64,000 nt of DNA from Spirochaetota bacterium (GCA_965208615.1 CBDBPB010000007.1:224001-288000), one strand, 5' to 3'; positions 9,743-19,997 are shown, counted from the first letter of the stretch. The notes: generated from the letters alone by a model not told the origin. Numbers and translations are program-made.

Positions 9743-10561
9743 TTAGTCAGAGTAGTGATTAGCAAAGGTTTTTGATTTTCCCCAATATCTTAAGTGCCAA
9801 GGCTCCCAGTCATATCCTTTTGTATTATTTTTAGGGTAGGATATATATATACCATATTTTTTAGCATTAAGTTTAATCCAGTTATGTGTTTTGGTGTTAT
9901 ATAGTTTTTTTGTTAGTCTATATCCCACTTCTGGTGAGGATATATCAGCAGTTGTACCCAGTTGATGTTCTGAGTGGCCTGGTTTTGCACTAGAGCTTTG
10001 CTTTGGATTTCTTTTAACTGCCCTTTTATATAGCCACTCTTGTAAACGTGATGATCTATAGCAGGATACAAGCTTAATTATAATACCTTTTTTACGGGCA
10101 TCATCAATCATAGCTTTAAAGGCATTATATGCTTTTTTACGTAGAAAGGCATTTTTTTTATAGACCATATATCTATTCGGAATGCGGATAAGGTCATTAG
10201 GTTTATATTTTAAGGGAATTGGATTATACTTGTTTATGTGAGCACTACCAATTACTATATTTCTATTTTGATAAATATAGTTATTAGATGGGATATTGCT
10301 AATATATTGAAGGGGTATATAGCGGACTTTCTTTTTATGGATTATTTTAGCAAAGTCGTATGATTTTTTAGTTTTAATAATTTTTATTACCCGTACTACT
10401 GTATTACGATATAAATAGCCATTATGCTTACTTTTGATAGATGGTATATTATAAAGTTTAACTTTATCAACGCATATTATTTTAAGTTTTTCATTAGCAT
10501 TAGCTATCTGGCTTAGCATTAGGATTGGGATAAGGTATAGGGTTAGTTTTTTTAAGATCAA
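9743..10561 (-). CDS. Exported M15B (VanY-like) carboxypeptidase with an N-terminal SH3b-like segment
   Basis: SCYRS, PGHSEHQLGTTAD and EPWHLRY motifs; signal peptide. Probable TTG start at 10561 after AAGGAG. Confidence 0.85.
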   Translation of the reverse strand: MILKKLTLYLIPILMLSQIANANEKLKIICVDKVKLYNIPSIKSKHNGYLYRNTVVRVIKIIKTKKSYDFAKIIHKKKVRYIPLQYISNIPSNNYIYQNRNIVIGSAHINKYNPIPLKYKPNDLIRIPNRYMVYKKNAFLRKKAYNAFKAMIDDARKKGIIIKLVSCYRSSRLQEWLYKRAVKRNPKQSSSAKPGHSEHQLGTTADISSPEVGYRLTKKLYNTKTHNWIKLNAKKYGIYISYPKNNTKGYDWEPWHLRYWGKSKTFANHYSD

Positions 10562-10562
10562 A

Positions 10563-11705
10563 TCATTCTCCTTTTTCAGAAAAAACTTGTACTCCAAAAA
10601 ACTTAAGAGGACCAAATTTATTATATAATACGACTCCTGTTCCTAAATATTTAAGTTTTTTGTTTAGTATATTTCGTCTATGTATGGGGGAGTTCATCCA
10701 CCCATTTAGTGCGGACTTAGCAAATGAGATATATGTATGAGGGGGGATGTTTTTAAATGACCGTACTCTTGTACCGGCTATATATTGTTTACCAAATATC
10801 TGAGTGATATTCTCAGCCGATGAGCTATAATAAGATTTATGTCCAGATAGTCTAATTCTATCCCCTGGAGTTTTTCGACCTTTAACTGGACTATAATGGC
10901 TAAAGAATTTAAGTTTTTTCATATCGTCAGCATGCATCTGTGCGGCTTTTTTTAGATATAGTGAATACATAAAGGGTTTTCTCTTATTTTTAATTCTTCT
11001 AAGGTTAGTTTCGTAGAATATACTAGCTTGCATAAGCTTATAATTAATATTATCGAAGTTTATTTTTTTATTAGGAGGTTTATATTTATAGAACTTTTTA
11101 TAGCTATACTTTTCATACATACTGTCATTCCACACTGTATTAGTGGAATATTTATTTTTAGTTTTATAGGTTAGTTTTTTAACTAGGCTTGTAAAAGGAG
11201 TTTTTTCCCATTTATAGTATCCACTAATTTTGCCTATAATATTAAGTTCCTTATCAATTATGAAAGTTGTGGGTATACCGTTCATGTTAAAAGCTTTGCT
11301 ATATTTATTAGTTACTTTTTTATTATTATCGAGGAGTATGTTAAAATTAAGGTTATTAGATTTTGCAAACTTACTAACTATATTTTTGTTTTCTCCTACG
11401 TTGACTGATAATATTACAAAGTTTTCCTTTTCCATGGACTGATTTAGTTTTTTAATACTGGGCATACTTATTTTACATACAACGCACCAAGTTGCCCAAA
11501 AGTTAAGGAATATTACTTTATTTTTATAATCTGATAGGGATATTGTTTTATCGTTTATATCTTTAAGTTTAAAGTTTATAGCTTTTTTATTAATTATGTC
11601 TATTTTGATAGGCTTATTGGCCCTAACATCGTTTTTATATATTGATAAATAGACGGTTAAAGCAAAAAAGCAAAAGATTATTATATATTTAATTAGTTTT
11701 TTCAT
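10563..11705 (-). CDS. Membrane-anchored TlpA/ResA thioredoxin fused to a CAP (SCP) domain
   Basis: NFWATWCVVC and GIPTTFII in the N-half; AAQMHADDM, FFSH, AENI and WMNSPIHRRNIL in the C-half. ATG at 11705 follows GGAG. Confidence 0.85.
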   Translation of the reverse strand: MKKLIKYIIIFCFFALTVYLSIYKNDVRANKPIKIDIINKKAINFKLKDINDKTISLSDYKNKVIFLNFWATWCVVCKISMPSIKKLNQSMEKENFVILSVNVGENKNIVSKFAKSNNLNFNILLDNNKKVTNKYSKAFNMNGIPTTFIIDKELNIIGKISGYYKWEKTPFTSLVKKLTYKTKNKYSTNTVWNDSMYEKYSYKKFYKYKPPNKKINFDNINYKLMQASIFYETNLRRIKNKRKPFMYSLYLKKAAQMHADDMKKLKFFSHYSPVKGRKTPGDRIRLSGHKSYYSSSAENITQIFGKQYIAGTRVRSFKNIPPHTYISFAKSALNGWMNSPIHRRNILNKKLKYLGTGVVLYNKFGPLKFFGVQVFSEKGE

Positions 11706-12113
11706 TATGTTAAACTCCACAAGGTTAATATACTATTTTAGGTTTAAATAATCTATATAGACTTATTAACAGGCAAACCGATACTTATAAAAGATATTTG
11801 TTTTTTTTTATAGTTTAACCTAATTATTTTGTTATAGTTTAACAATTTAATATAATATAAACATAATGCTTTAAGATGTTAAAAAGAATTATTATTTAAA
11901 GTTGTTTTAAGGAAATGTTCTTAACTTATAGTTTAGTATAATTTTAGGCGGATTAGTTTATGGTTTTATATATTGATTATTGTTTAAATATAGTTATTCA
12001 TATATTGTTTATGTGGTTTAAAATAATTAGTTTTTATTTCCGATGATAATACACTAGTATTTTTATTTTATAGTGCATTTAATTATTGCTTTACTTAAGG
12101 ATAAGGGGGATAT

Positions 12114-12851
12114 ATGAAAAGGATTTTATTAATATGTTTTATTTTTGTGATAGCCACTTCGCTTTTTTCGTTGGACTACTACACCAACAGGGATAAAAAG
12201 GATAAGGCTAAGGTTAATATATATTCTCCCAAAAAAGAGAGTGCTAAAGATGGCTGGGAGTTTATTGGGGATAAGGATAATATAAATCCTTATAGAGCCT
12301 ATTGGAGGCTTAAGATTGATGCTAAGGAGCTTCCTTATAAATATATTGAAAAGGCTATTACTGATGATTTTACTATAAAAAATGCTGAGGTTAAGTTTAG
12401 TCTTAAGGATGAGGGGGATTATAATTTTGCTAGTGTTATATCTAAGGTTAGTGTTAGGGTTTTTCCAAGGCCTACTGGCGATTATTACGAATATAGTATT
12501 AGTGGTAGGCTTGTTGTAGAGGGTAAGGATTATGGTATAGTTAGTGGCAAGGCTAAGGGAAAGCGTATTAACAACAGGCTAAACTTTAGTATATTTAGTG
12601 AAGTTAAGAATAATGATATTAGGCTTGGCAGTTTTAGTGGCTCACTTACCCTTGGATTGGATAATGGCGATTTTAAGGATGGACTATTTACATTTTTTGC
12701 AAGGCTAAAGATAGATAAGCGTTGGACTTATGCTAGAATTAGAGGGCGGATAGCTGGTAATATTAATGATGCAAGGATTATTAAGTCTAGTATTATAGAC
12801 GTGGATGGAAGGCTTATTGGTGATATAGATGTTAAGTTTAAGCTTGACTAA
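12114..12851 (+). CDS. Exported beta-rich hypothetical protein
   Basis: 245-aa ORF with RBS (aggggga) and signal peptide MKRILLICFIFVIATSLFS. Confidence 0.7.
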   Translation: MKRILLICFIFVIATSLFSLDYYTNRDKKDKAKVNIYSPKKESAKDGWEFIGDKDNINPYRAYWRLKIDAKELPYKYIEKAITDDFTIKNAEVKFSLKDEGDYNFASVISKVSVRVFPRPTGDYYEYSISGRLVVEGKDYGIVSGKAKGKRINNRLNFSIFSEVKNNDIRLGSFSGSLTLGLDNGDFKDGLFTFFARLKIDKRWTYARIRGRIAGNINDARIIKSSIIDVDGRLIGDIDVKFKLD

Positions 12852-12863
12852 CTTGAGTATTAT

Positions 12864-13619
12864 ATGTTAGTTAGAAAATTGACTATTGTAAGTAATATTT
12901 TGATTAAGGCTCGTTTTTATAAGTTAACATTGTTGTCTGATGCAGATTATTATCCAGGTCAGTTCATACATATAAGGGTTAGTGATAGTATTGATCCTTT
13001 TCTAAGGCGTCCTTTTAGTATATATAGGCTTAATAATGATCACATAGAGGTTTTGTATGAGGTTGTTGGAAAAGGAACTTTAGCATTATCCAAGAGAAAG
13101 GACGGCGAGCTATTGGATGTAGTTGGGCCTTTGGGTAATAGTTTTACTTATGATATAGGTAATTATTATCCCTTATTAGTTGGTGGGGGAATAGGGGTTG
13201 CACCTTTATTCTTTTTAGCAGAGACTTTAGTTAACAAGGGTCATAATCCTAAGGTGATACTTGGTTATCGGAGTTATGATGAAATTATAGCCCTGGATGA
13301 TTTTATTAGTATAGGTTTAGATCCAGTGGTGGTTACTGATGACGGGTCTTACGGCTGTAAGGGCTTTGTAAGCGATTTTATAGAGGATTATCTAAATAAT
13401 AGCACTATGATATTTACTTGTGGACCTTTGCCTATGTTGAGTGTGGTATCTAAGATTGCTTATGATAGTGCCATTGCTTGTGAGCTATCCCTGCATAGCT
13501 TTATGGGATGTGGTTTTGGGGTTTGTTTGGGATGTGTTATAGAGTCGCCTGATGGCTATAAGCGTATATGTAAGGATGGCCCTATATTCACTTCCGATCA
13601 GGTAGTTATTGGGGTATAG
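12864..13619 (+). CDS. pyrK: Dihydroorotate dehydrogenase electron transfer subunit
   Basis: PGQF, LRRPFS, GGGIGVAP, CGPLPML and the 2Fe-2S motif MGCGFGVCLGC...CKDGPIF. Confidence 0.88.
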   Translation: MLVRKLTIVSNILIKARFYKLTLLSDADYYPGQFIHIRVSDSIDPFLRRPFSIYRLNNDHIEVLYEVVGKGTLALSKRKDGELLDVVGPLGNSFTYDIGNYYPLLVGGGIGVAPLFFLAETLVNKGHNPKVILGYRSYDEIIALDDFISIGLDPVVVTDDGSYGCKGFVSDFIEDYLNNSTMIFTCGPLPMLSVVSKIAYDSAIACELSLHSFMGCGFGVCLGCVIESPDGYKRICKDGPIFTSDQVVIGV

Positions 13620-14711
13620 ATGCGTCCTACCTTGTTAGAAGTTAATATTACTGCTCTTAAAAAGAACTTAAATCTTGTTAGGACAATCACTAATAACAAA
13701 GAGATAATAGCTGTAATCAAGGCTAATGCTTATGGACTGGGTAGTGTGGCTGTAGCTAAGGCGTTATTAGAGAGTGGGCTGTCCACATTTGCGGTAGCTA
13801 TTTTGGATGAGGCTGTCATATTACGAGAGGGTGGGATAAGTAATAATATAATTCAGCTTTGTCCTTTTAGCGAATGTGAGATACCTGATATTATTAACTA
13901 CTCGGTTACCAGTACCATAGTGGATTATAAAAGGGCTAAGGCATTAAATGACTATGCACATAGCCGTAATATAGTGTTAGCTGTTCATATAAAGGTTGAC
14001 TCTGGTATGGGTCGTCTTGGTGTTAGGGCTGATGGGGCTTTTGAGCTTATTAAAAGGGTATATAATTTAACTAATCTTAGGGTTGAAGGTATATTCACTC
14101 ACTTTTCTAGTGCGGATATACCCGATATAGATTATACTAACTATCAGATTAAGGTTTTTTCTAATCTGGTTAATCGTTGTAGGGATATAGATTTTAGGGT
14201 TATTTATCATTTAGCTAATTCTGGTGCTATTATATTTTTCTCAAATAGTTATTTTGATGCGGTTAGACCCGGACTTATGCTTTATGGATGTTATCCTTCT
14301 TTAAAAAGCGAGTCTAGCATTAGTTTAAATAAGGTTCTAACTCTTAAAACTAAGATAGTATCGGTAAAGGAGCTTTTGGCTGGAGAGAGTGTTAGTTACG
14401 GACGTACTTTTAGGGCAAAGTCTAAAATGACTTATGGTGTTTTACCTATTGGCTATGCTGATGGATACTCTACTTTGCTGTCTAACAAGGGCAGGGCTAT
14501 GGTTAACGGTGTTTATGTACCTGTGATAGGCAGGGTTTGTATGGATTATACTATGGTTGATCTTAGAAAAGTTAATGCTAAAGAGGGGGATGAGGCTATT
14601 TTAATTGGCGATGGTATAACCGAAGAGGAGATTGCACATAAAACCGGGCTAATACCTTATGAGGTTATAACTGGCATTACTGAGCGTGTTCCGAGGGTAT
14701 ACAGGTCATAA
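13620..14711 (+). CDS. alr: Alanine racemase
   Basis: AVIKANAYGLG (PLP lysine), HIKVDSGMGRLG, GYADG and GRVCMD. Confidence 0.96.
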   Translation: MRPTLLEVNITALKKNLNLVRTITNNKEIIAVIKANAYGLGSVAVAKALLESGLSTFAVAILDEAVILREGGISNNIIQLCPFSECEIPDIINYSVTSTIVDYKRAKALNDYAHSRNIVLAVHIKVDSGMGRLGVRADGAFELIKRVYNLTNLRVEGIFTHFSSADIPDIDYTNYQIKVFSNLVNRCRDIDFRVIYHLANSGAIIFFSNSYFDAVRPGLMLYGCYPSLKSESSISLNKVLTLKTKIVSVKELLAGESVSYGRTFRAKSKMTYGVLPIGYADGYSTLLSNKGRAMVNGVYVPVIGRVCMDYTMVDLRKVNAKEGDEAILIGDGITEEEIAHKTGLIPYEVITGITERVPRVYRS

Positions 14712-14813
14712 TTCTTATAGTATTTTTCTTTATTATAAAAAGAGTTTTCATATTGTTATAAAATCGTTATCTTTTGGTAGATATTTTGTTATAATGTTGA
14801 CGAGGAGCTTATA

Positions 14814-16484
14814 ATGAGGAGTGATTCTATAAAGGCTGGTTTTGAGAGGGCACCTCACCGTAGTTTACTAAAGGCATGCGGTCTAAAGGACGAGGACTTT
14901 AAAAAGCCTTTCATAGCTATTGCCAACTCTTATATAGATATAATACCCGGCCATGTTCACTTACAGGAGTTTGGACGTATAGTTAAGGATGCGGTTAGGG
15001 AGGCTGGAGCAGTACCTTTTGAGTTCAACACAATTGGTGTGGATGATGGTATAGCAATGGGACATTCTGGCATGCACTATTCCCTTCCCAGCAGGGAGCT
15101 TATTGCTGATTGTGTGGAAACCGTTATTCAGGCACATTGTTTTGACGGACTTATATGCATACCCAATTGTGATAAGATAGTACCTGGTATGTTGATGGCC
15201 GCTATGAGGGTAAATATACCTAGTATATTTGTTAGTGGTGGGCCTATGAGGGCGGGTAGGACTAAGGATGGCAGTGTAGTCGATTTAGCCAGTGTATTTG
15301 AGGCTGTTGGTCAATATAGCTCTGGTAAGATAAATGAACAGAGGCTTAAGGATTTGGAGGATAATGCTTGTCCTGGATGTGGTAGTTGTTCTGGGATGTT
15401 TACTGCTAATTCTATGAATTGTTTGTGTGAGGCTCTTGGTATGGCTTTACCGGGTAATGGTACATATTTGGCTGACTCTGATAAAAGGCGTTTACTTTTA
15501 AAAAAGGCCGCTAATACCATTGTGGAACTTGTAAAGAAGGACATAAAGCCAAAAGACATTGTAACCAAAGATTCTATTGATAACGCTTTTATACTTGATA
15601 TGGCAATGGGAGGCTCTACTAATACGGTATTGCATACTATAGCCATTGCAAAAGAGGCTGGTATAGACTATCCTATTTCAAGGCTTAATGAATTATCGTC
15701 TAGGGTACCTCATATATGTAAGGTCTCACCGGCGTCTGACATACACATTGAGGATGTGGATAGAGCTGGAGGTATTTCAGCTATACTGAATGAGATTAAT
15801 AGGGTTGGTGCTTTAAGGGATAGTACACTGACAGTTAGTTTAAAGACTCTTGCTGAGAATATTGAGGGTGCTAAAATACTTGATAACTCTGTGATACGTA
15901 CTATTGATGATCCATATAGTGAGAAGGGGGGGTTACAGGTATTATTTGGCAATTTAGCCAGTGAGGGTGCTATAATAAAGTCTGGAGCCGTTAATTCTAA
16001 TATGCGTATTCATAGTGGCCCTGCTATTGTGTTTGAGTCTCAGGAAGAGGCTGTTAGGGGTATTTTGGATGGAAAGGTAAAAGCTGGAAATGTTGTTGTA
16101 ATAAGGTATGAGGGGCCTAAAGGCGGTCCTGGTATGGTAGAGATGCTTGCTCCTACTGCTAATATTATGGGTATGGGTCTTGGTGACTCGGTTACACTAA
16201 TAACTGATGGACGCTTTTCAGGTGCAACTAGAGGAGCTTGTGTTGGTCATATATCCCCAGAGGCTGCTGAGGGGGGTAATATTGCATTAGTTAAAAATGG
16301 TGATGTTATTGCTATTGATCTTAGTAAAAACCTTATTGAGATAAAGATATCGGATGATGAGCTTAATTTAAGAAGGGCAAATTGGCAGCCTAAAAAACGT
16401 GATAATTTATCTAGTTATCTTAAGAGGTACGCCAGTATGGTTACCAGTGGGAGTAAAGGTGCTATATTGGAGATACCGAGTTAG
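14814..16484 (+). CDS. ilvD: Dihydroxy-acid dehydratase
   Basis: [33 protein letters not shown] and TDGRFSG. Confidence 0.97.
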   Translation: MRSDSIKAGFERAPHRSLLKACGLKDEDFKKPFIAIANSYIDIIPGHVHLQEFGRIVKDAVREAGAVPFEFNTIGVDDGIAMGHSGMHYSLPSRELIADCVETVIQAHCFDGLICIPNCDKIVPGMLMAAMRVNIPSIFVSGGPMRAGRTKDGSVVDLASVFEAVGQYSSGKINEQRLKDLEDNACPGCGSCSGMFTANSMNCLCEALGMALPGNGTYLADSDKRRLLLKKAANTIVELVKKDIKPKDIVTKDSIDNAFILDMAMGGSTNTVLHTIAIAKEAGIDYPISRLNELSSRVPHICKVSPASDIHIEDVDRAGGISAILNEINRVGALRDSTLTVSLKTLAENIEGAKILDNSVIRTIDDPYSEKGGLQVLFGNLASEGAIIKSGAVNSNMRIHSGPAIVFESQEEAVRGILDGKVKAGNVVVIRYEGPKGGPGMVEMLAPTANIMGMGLGDSVTLITDGRFSGATRGACVGHISPEAAEGGNIALVKNGDVIAIDLSKNLIEIKISDDELNLRRANWQPKKRDNLSSYLKRYASMVTSGSKGAILEIPS

Positions 16485-16520
16485 AGTTTGTTATATTAAA
16501 TAACTTTAAGGAGTTTGTTT

Positions 16521-16955
16521 ATGCAAGAAGTTAGTAATGGTGATACTGTTCAGGTACACTACACAGGCAAGTTGGATGATGGTAAGGTATTTGATTCATC
16601 GGCTGATAGAGACCCACTGGAGTTTAAGGTTGGGGATCATCAGGTTATAAAGGGTTTTGAAGAGGGCGTTATTGGCATGAAGGCTGGGGATAAAAAAGAG
16701 ATTACTATTCCTCCTGATAAGGGCTATGGTAATAGAACTGATGATAATATACACGAGATCAGCTCTCAGAACATATCATCACCTAAGGATTCTGAATTTA
16801 AGGTTGGTATGCCTATAAGCCTAAAAAACGAAAAAGGTGAGGAGTTTTATGGTATAGTCCAAGAGGTTAAGGATAAGGCTATAGTTATTGATTTTAATCA
16901 CTTTTTAGCTGGTAAGAATTTAACTTTTGATGTTGAGTTAATGGCTATAAAATAG
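16521..16955 (+). CDS. FKBP-type peptidyl-prolyl isomerase (SlyD/SlpA-like, no His-rich tail)
   Basis: VHYTGKLDDGKVFDSS and DFNHFLAGKNLTFDVEL; ATG at 16521 follows AGGAG. Confidence 0.92.
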   Translation: MQEVSNGDTVQVHYTGKLDDGKVFDSSADRDPLEFKVGDHQVIKGFEEGVIGMKAGDKKEITIPPDKGYGNRTDDNIHEISSQNISSPKDSEFKVGMPISLKNEKGEEFYGIVQEVKDKAIVIDFNHFLAGKNLTFDVELMAIK

Positions 16956-16985
16956 GTTTATTTTGGATTATTTATTTTAGGGCTG

Positions 16986-18014
16986 TCATTGAGTTTGCTT
17001 ATATTTAATTTCTTTTAGAGCGTTTATTAGAAGGCTTATGGAGAGTTCATCCTTAACAGCTAACCTTATCCACTTTGAGTTTAGGGGGTAAAAGTTATCA
17101 CAAACCCTTATAAGTATTTTATATGGGGTTAATAGCTTTTGGAGTTTGTATCCGTCTATATTTTTCAATTTGACTAGGATAAAGTTAGCACAGGAGTTAA
17201 AGATTTTATCAAAGAGGTCTATTTTTATTAATTTTTGTTTTAGGATATGTTTATTTAATTTAGTTAGTTTTTTTGTTTGGTTTAAAAAGTCTTTATTTTT
17301 GATAGCTTGGTTTAGGTAGTGCATATCTAGTGAGGATAACTTCCACGGTGGTTCTGTTTTTCGTATTTCTTTTATGTTATTTTTGCTTGATATAACACAT
17401 CCTATTCTTAGCCCAGCACAGGCAAATATCTTACTAAAAGATTTTAATATAAACATATTATCATTTACTAAGGGTAGAGCGGACTCATAATCGGTAAAGT
17501 CTAAGAAGGACTCATCCAGTAATATATTGGCATTTTTTGTTTTCCATTCTGATAAAAATGTTTTTATATTGTATAGTTGTCCATCTGGTGTGGATGGGTT
17601 AACAAAGACCACAAGAGAGTTTTTAGTTATATTTTTGTTTATGTTATCCAGGCGATTAATTTTGTTTATTTTGCAGTTTAGGTTATTGGCTATTTTCATA
17701 TATTCCGTATAGATGGGTAGATATAGGCTAACGTTTTTGGGGTTTATGTATTTAAATATAGAATATATACCAGAGCTTGCCCCGTTATAGAACTCTATAT
17801 CGCAATGACTGGGCAGATTAAAGAACTTGGATACATTAATTTTTAGTTCTTTATAGTTTGGCTCTGCATAGGCTGATAGGTTAAGGTTTTTCATATTCAT
17901 ATTGACGTTTGGGCTTATAAAGTTAACGTTGGACGAAAAGTCTATAATATCTTTTATGGGTGAGTTTATCTTATTGGCAAATGAGTATATATTTCCACCG
18001 TGATCGTAGTTCAA
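16986..18014 (-). CDS. cobD: L-threonine-O-3-phosphate decarboxylase (PLP, class I/II aminotransferase fold)
   Basis: HGGN...IIDFSSNVN N-terminus, NPSTPDG, DESFLDF, SFSKIFACAGLRIG and IRVCDNF; lies in a cobalamin gene context. Confidence 0.82.
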   Translation of the reverse strand: MNYDHGGNIYSFANKINSPIKDIIDFSSNVNFISPNVNMNMKNLNLSAYAEPNYKELKINVSKFFNLPSHCDIEFYNGASSGIYSIFKYINPKNVSLYLPIYTEYMKIANNLNCKINKINRLDNINKNITKNSLVVFVNPSTPDGQLYNIKTFLSEWKTKNANILLDESFLDFTDYESALPLVNDNMFILKSFSKIFACAGLRIGCVISSKNNIKEIRKTEPPWKLSSLDMHYLNQAIKNKDFLNQTKKLTKLNKHILKQKLIKIDLFDKIFNSCANFILVKLKNIDGYKLQKLLTPYKILIRVCDNFYPLNSKWIRLAVKDELSISLLINALKEIKYKQTQ

Positions 18015-18053
18015 GACAATATCCTTAACATAAAATAATATTTAGGGGATTCT

Positions 18054-19115
18054 ATGATAGATAATATCAAAATAATACAAGGTAGCCAAGACTTCTTAAG
18101 AAAAATAAAGAATACGAGTTTTCAGTTTTTTTTAATAAGTGCCTATACAAAGACGGCTGAGATAGATAATATAACATCAGCAGGACTAGCAGGACTAGTA
18201 GAGTATACCCCGCCTTTGGATATGGAGGTATTGTATTATGGTAGGCCATTGTCCATGCCTGATATACCTAAGATGCCGTCTGGACCGCCATCTCCTGTGA
18301 TAATAACCTCTGCCATTAAGCAGTTAGTGGACTTTCCAATAAGCTATATAGATGTTGGACTTAAAATTAGACCTAAATGTCCTATAACTGTTATTCAGTC
18401 AAAGGTTGCTAAGTCTATTTTGGAGGGTTCTGATATTGACGCACAGGAGCTGTTCAACGATGGATTACGCTATGCTAGTGAGGTAAAGGATTATGCCCAT
18501 ACATTTATACTCTCAGAGTGCGTTCCATCGGGCACTACCACTGCCTATGCTGTGAGTAAGGCTTTGGGCTATTCATGTGATGACTCTTTTTCGTCGAGCA
18601 ATAGTGATGAAAAGACCAAATCCTTAAAAAGGGATGTTGTTAATAAGGCTATATCTTTGTTTGGTAAAGATGTTAAGACTGTTTTTGATGCCATAAGGTA
18701 TTTGGGTGATCCTATGCAGGCATTTTTATCTGGTATGGCTGTTGGACTTAATCAGCTTGGTAAGATGGTTATATTAGGCGGTGGGACTCAGATGCTAACC
18801 ATATACTCAATTTTAAAGAAGCTGGATAAGCCTATAGACTTTACTAATATTGCCTTAATGACAACCAAATGGGTGGCTGAGGATAAATATAGTGATATGA
18901 AGGGTTTATTAAGCCGTATAGATAAAGATTTAAACGCTTTTTATGCAGATTTTGACTTTAAGGAGTCCAAGTTTAAAAACCTTAATCTATATGATAACGG
19001 ATATGTAAAAGAGGGTGTGGGAGCTGGTTCTATAATATGTTATGCTTATTTAAAGGGTATATCTAAAAAGGCAATACTAAACCAAATAGAAAAGCTTTAT
19101 AAGCAGGTAAAATAA
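18054..19115 (+). CDS. cobT: Archaeal/cyanobacterial-type nicotinate-nucleotide phosphoribosyltransferase CobT
   Basis: ITSAG, PSPVIIT, ECVPSGTTTA, GDPMQ, LGGGTQM and VKEGVGAG motifs. Confidence 0.88.
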   Translation: MIDNIKIIQGSQDFLRKIKNTSFQFFLISAYTKTAEIDNITSAGLAGLVEYTPPLDMEVLYYGRPLSMPDIPKMPSGPPSPVIITSAIKQLVDFPISYIDVGLKIRPKCPITVIQSKVAKSILEGSDIDAQELFNDGLRYASEVKDYAHTFILSECVPSGTTTAYAVSKALGYSCDDSFSSSNSDEKTKSLKRDVVNKAISLFGKDVKTVFDAIRYLGDPMQAFLSGMAVGLNQLGKMVILGGGTQMLTIYSILKKLDKPIDFTNIALMTTKWVAEDKYSDMKGLLSRIDKDLNAFYADFDFKESKFKNLNLYDNGYVKEGVGAGSIICYAYLKGISKKAILNQIEKLYKQVK

Positions 19116-19987
19116 TTTAGACTGCTTATTGAGTGGAACTTCTTTATATATTCTTCGATATCGTTTTGTGATAGGTTAGTTTGTTTTTTAACTTTTTTCA
19201 TATATATGCGTTGAGAGCCGTAGTATAGGCAGGCAAAACGCATCCACTCTAATAGTACGTCTAGGGATATAACCATTGACGATTTACTATTATAGGTATT
19301 AATAAGCTTATCCAAAAGATTTTTATTTAGGCTACCATCCAAAAAGCACCAGTTTATGCCTATTACTGCTATATCAAAGTATAGGTCTCCATGACAAAAG
19401 TCACTAAAGTCAAATACCCTTAAGCCGTTTTTGTTAAATCTTACGTTATCCATAAATAAATCACCGTGTATAAGTACATTAGCTTTGGCTATTAGGTTTA
19501 AGCTGTCAATATGTTTTAGCATAGAGTTATAGCCTGACTCACGCAAATAATACTCAATACGCTTAGTGGTATAGATATTGTCTATTTTTTTGTTATAGTT
19601 TATGGAGTGGAGTTTAACTAAGAATAGTGCAATTTGTTTAATATTATTTTTATTAGGTTTATCTATTGTTCTACCCTCCATATAAGAGAATAGAACAGAG
19701 GGTTTATTATCCAAATGGATAAGCTCTTTACCGTTATACCCTATAACATGGGGGACATTAAGTTTTTTTAGTTTTAATAGTTTTAGTAGGTCTATCTCGT
19801 TGTTGACCTTTTTACTAGAGCTATATTCATATATTTTTAATATATAGTTTTTATTATCAGTTTTTATTAGATATGTGTTATTAGATATGCCGTTTTTGGT
19901 GGGGTATATATAGTTAGCGTTTAGGTTATAATATTCTTTTATTTTAAGTTTAATATAGTCGGTTTTGAGTTTAGTTATAATCCCCAA
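19097..19987 (-). CDS. APH-superfamily kinase (type II homoserine kinase-like)
   Basis: GISNNTY, YILKIYE, IHGDLFMDN and FDF motifs; TTG start after TAAGGA. Confidence 0.8.
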   Translation of the reverse strand: MGIITKLKTDYIKLKIKEYYNLNANYIYPTKNGISNNTYLIKTDNKNYILKIYEYSSSKKVNNEIDLLKLLKLKKLNVPHVIGYNGKELIHLDNKPSVLFSYMEGRTIDKPNKNNIKQIALFLVKLHSINYNKKIDNIYTTKRIEYYLRESGYNSMLKHIDSLNLIAKANVLIHGDLFMDNVRFNKNGLRVFDFSDFCHGDLYFDIAVIGINWCFLDGSLNKNLLDKLINTYNSKSSMVISLDVLLEWMRFACLYYGSQRIYMKKVKKQTNLSQNDIEEYIKKFHSISSLNYFTCL

Positions 19988-19997
19988 GGTTTTATCC

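Noticed and set aside
9743-10561. Vancomycin-resistance locus (vanY, with alr nearby)
   Set aside because: No vanHAX, vanRS or D-Ala-D-Lac ligase is present; M15B peptidases are common housekeeping enzymes.
13617-13622. TAG read-through (pyrrolysine or recoding) giving a PyrK-Alr fusion
   Set aside because: Both proteins are full length on their own, TAG ends many other genes here at the expected C-termini, and no pyl genes are seen.
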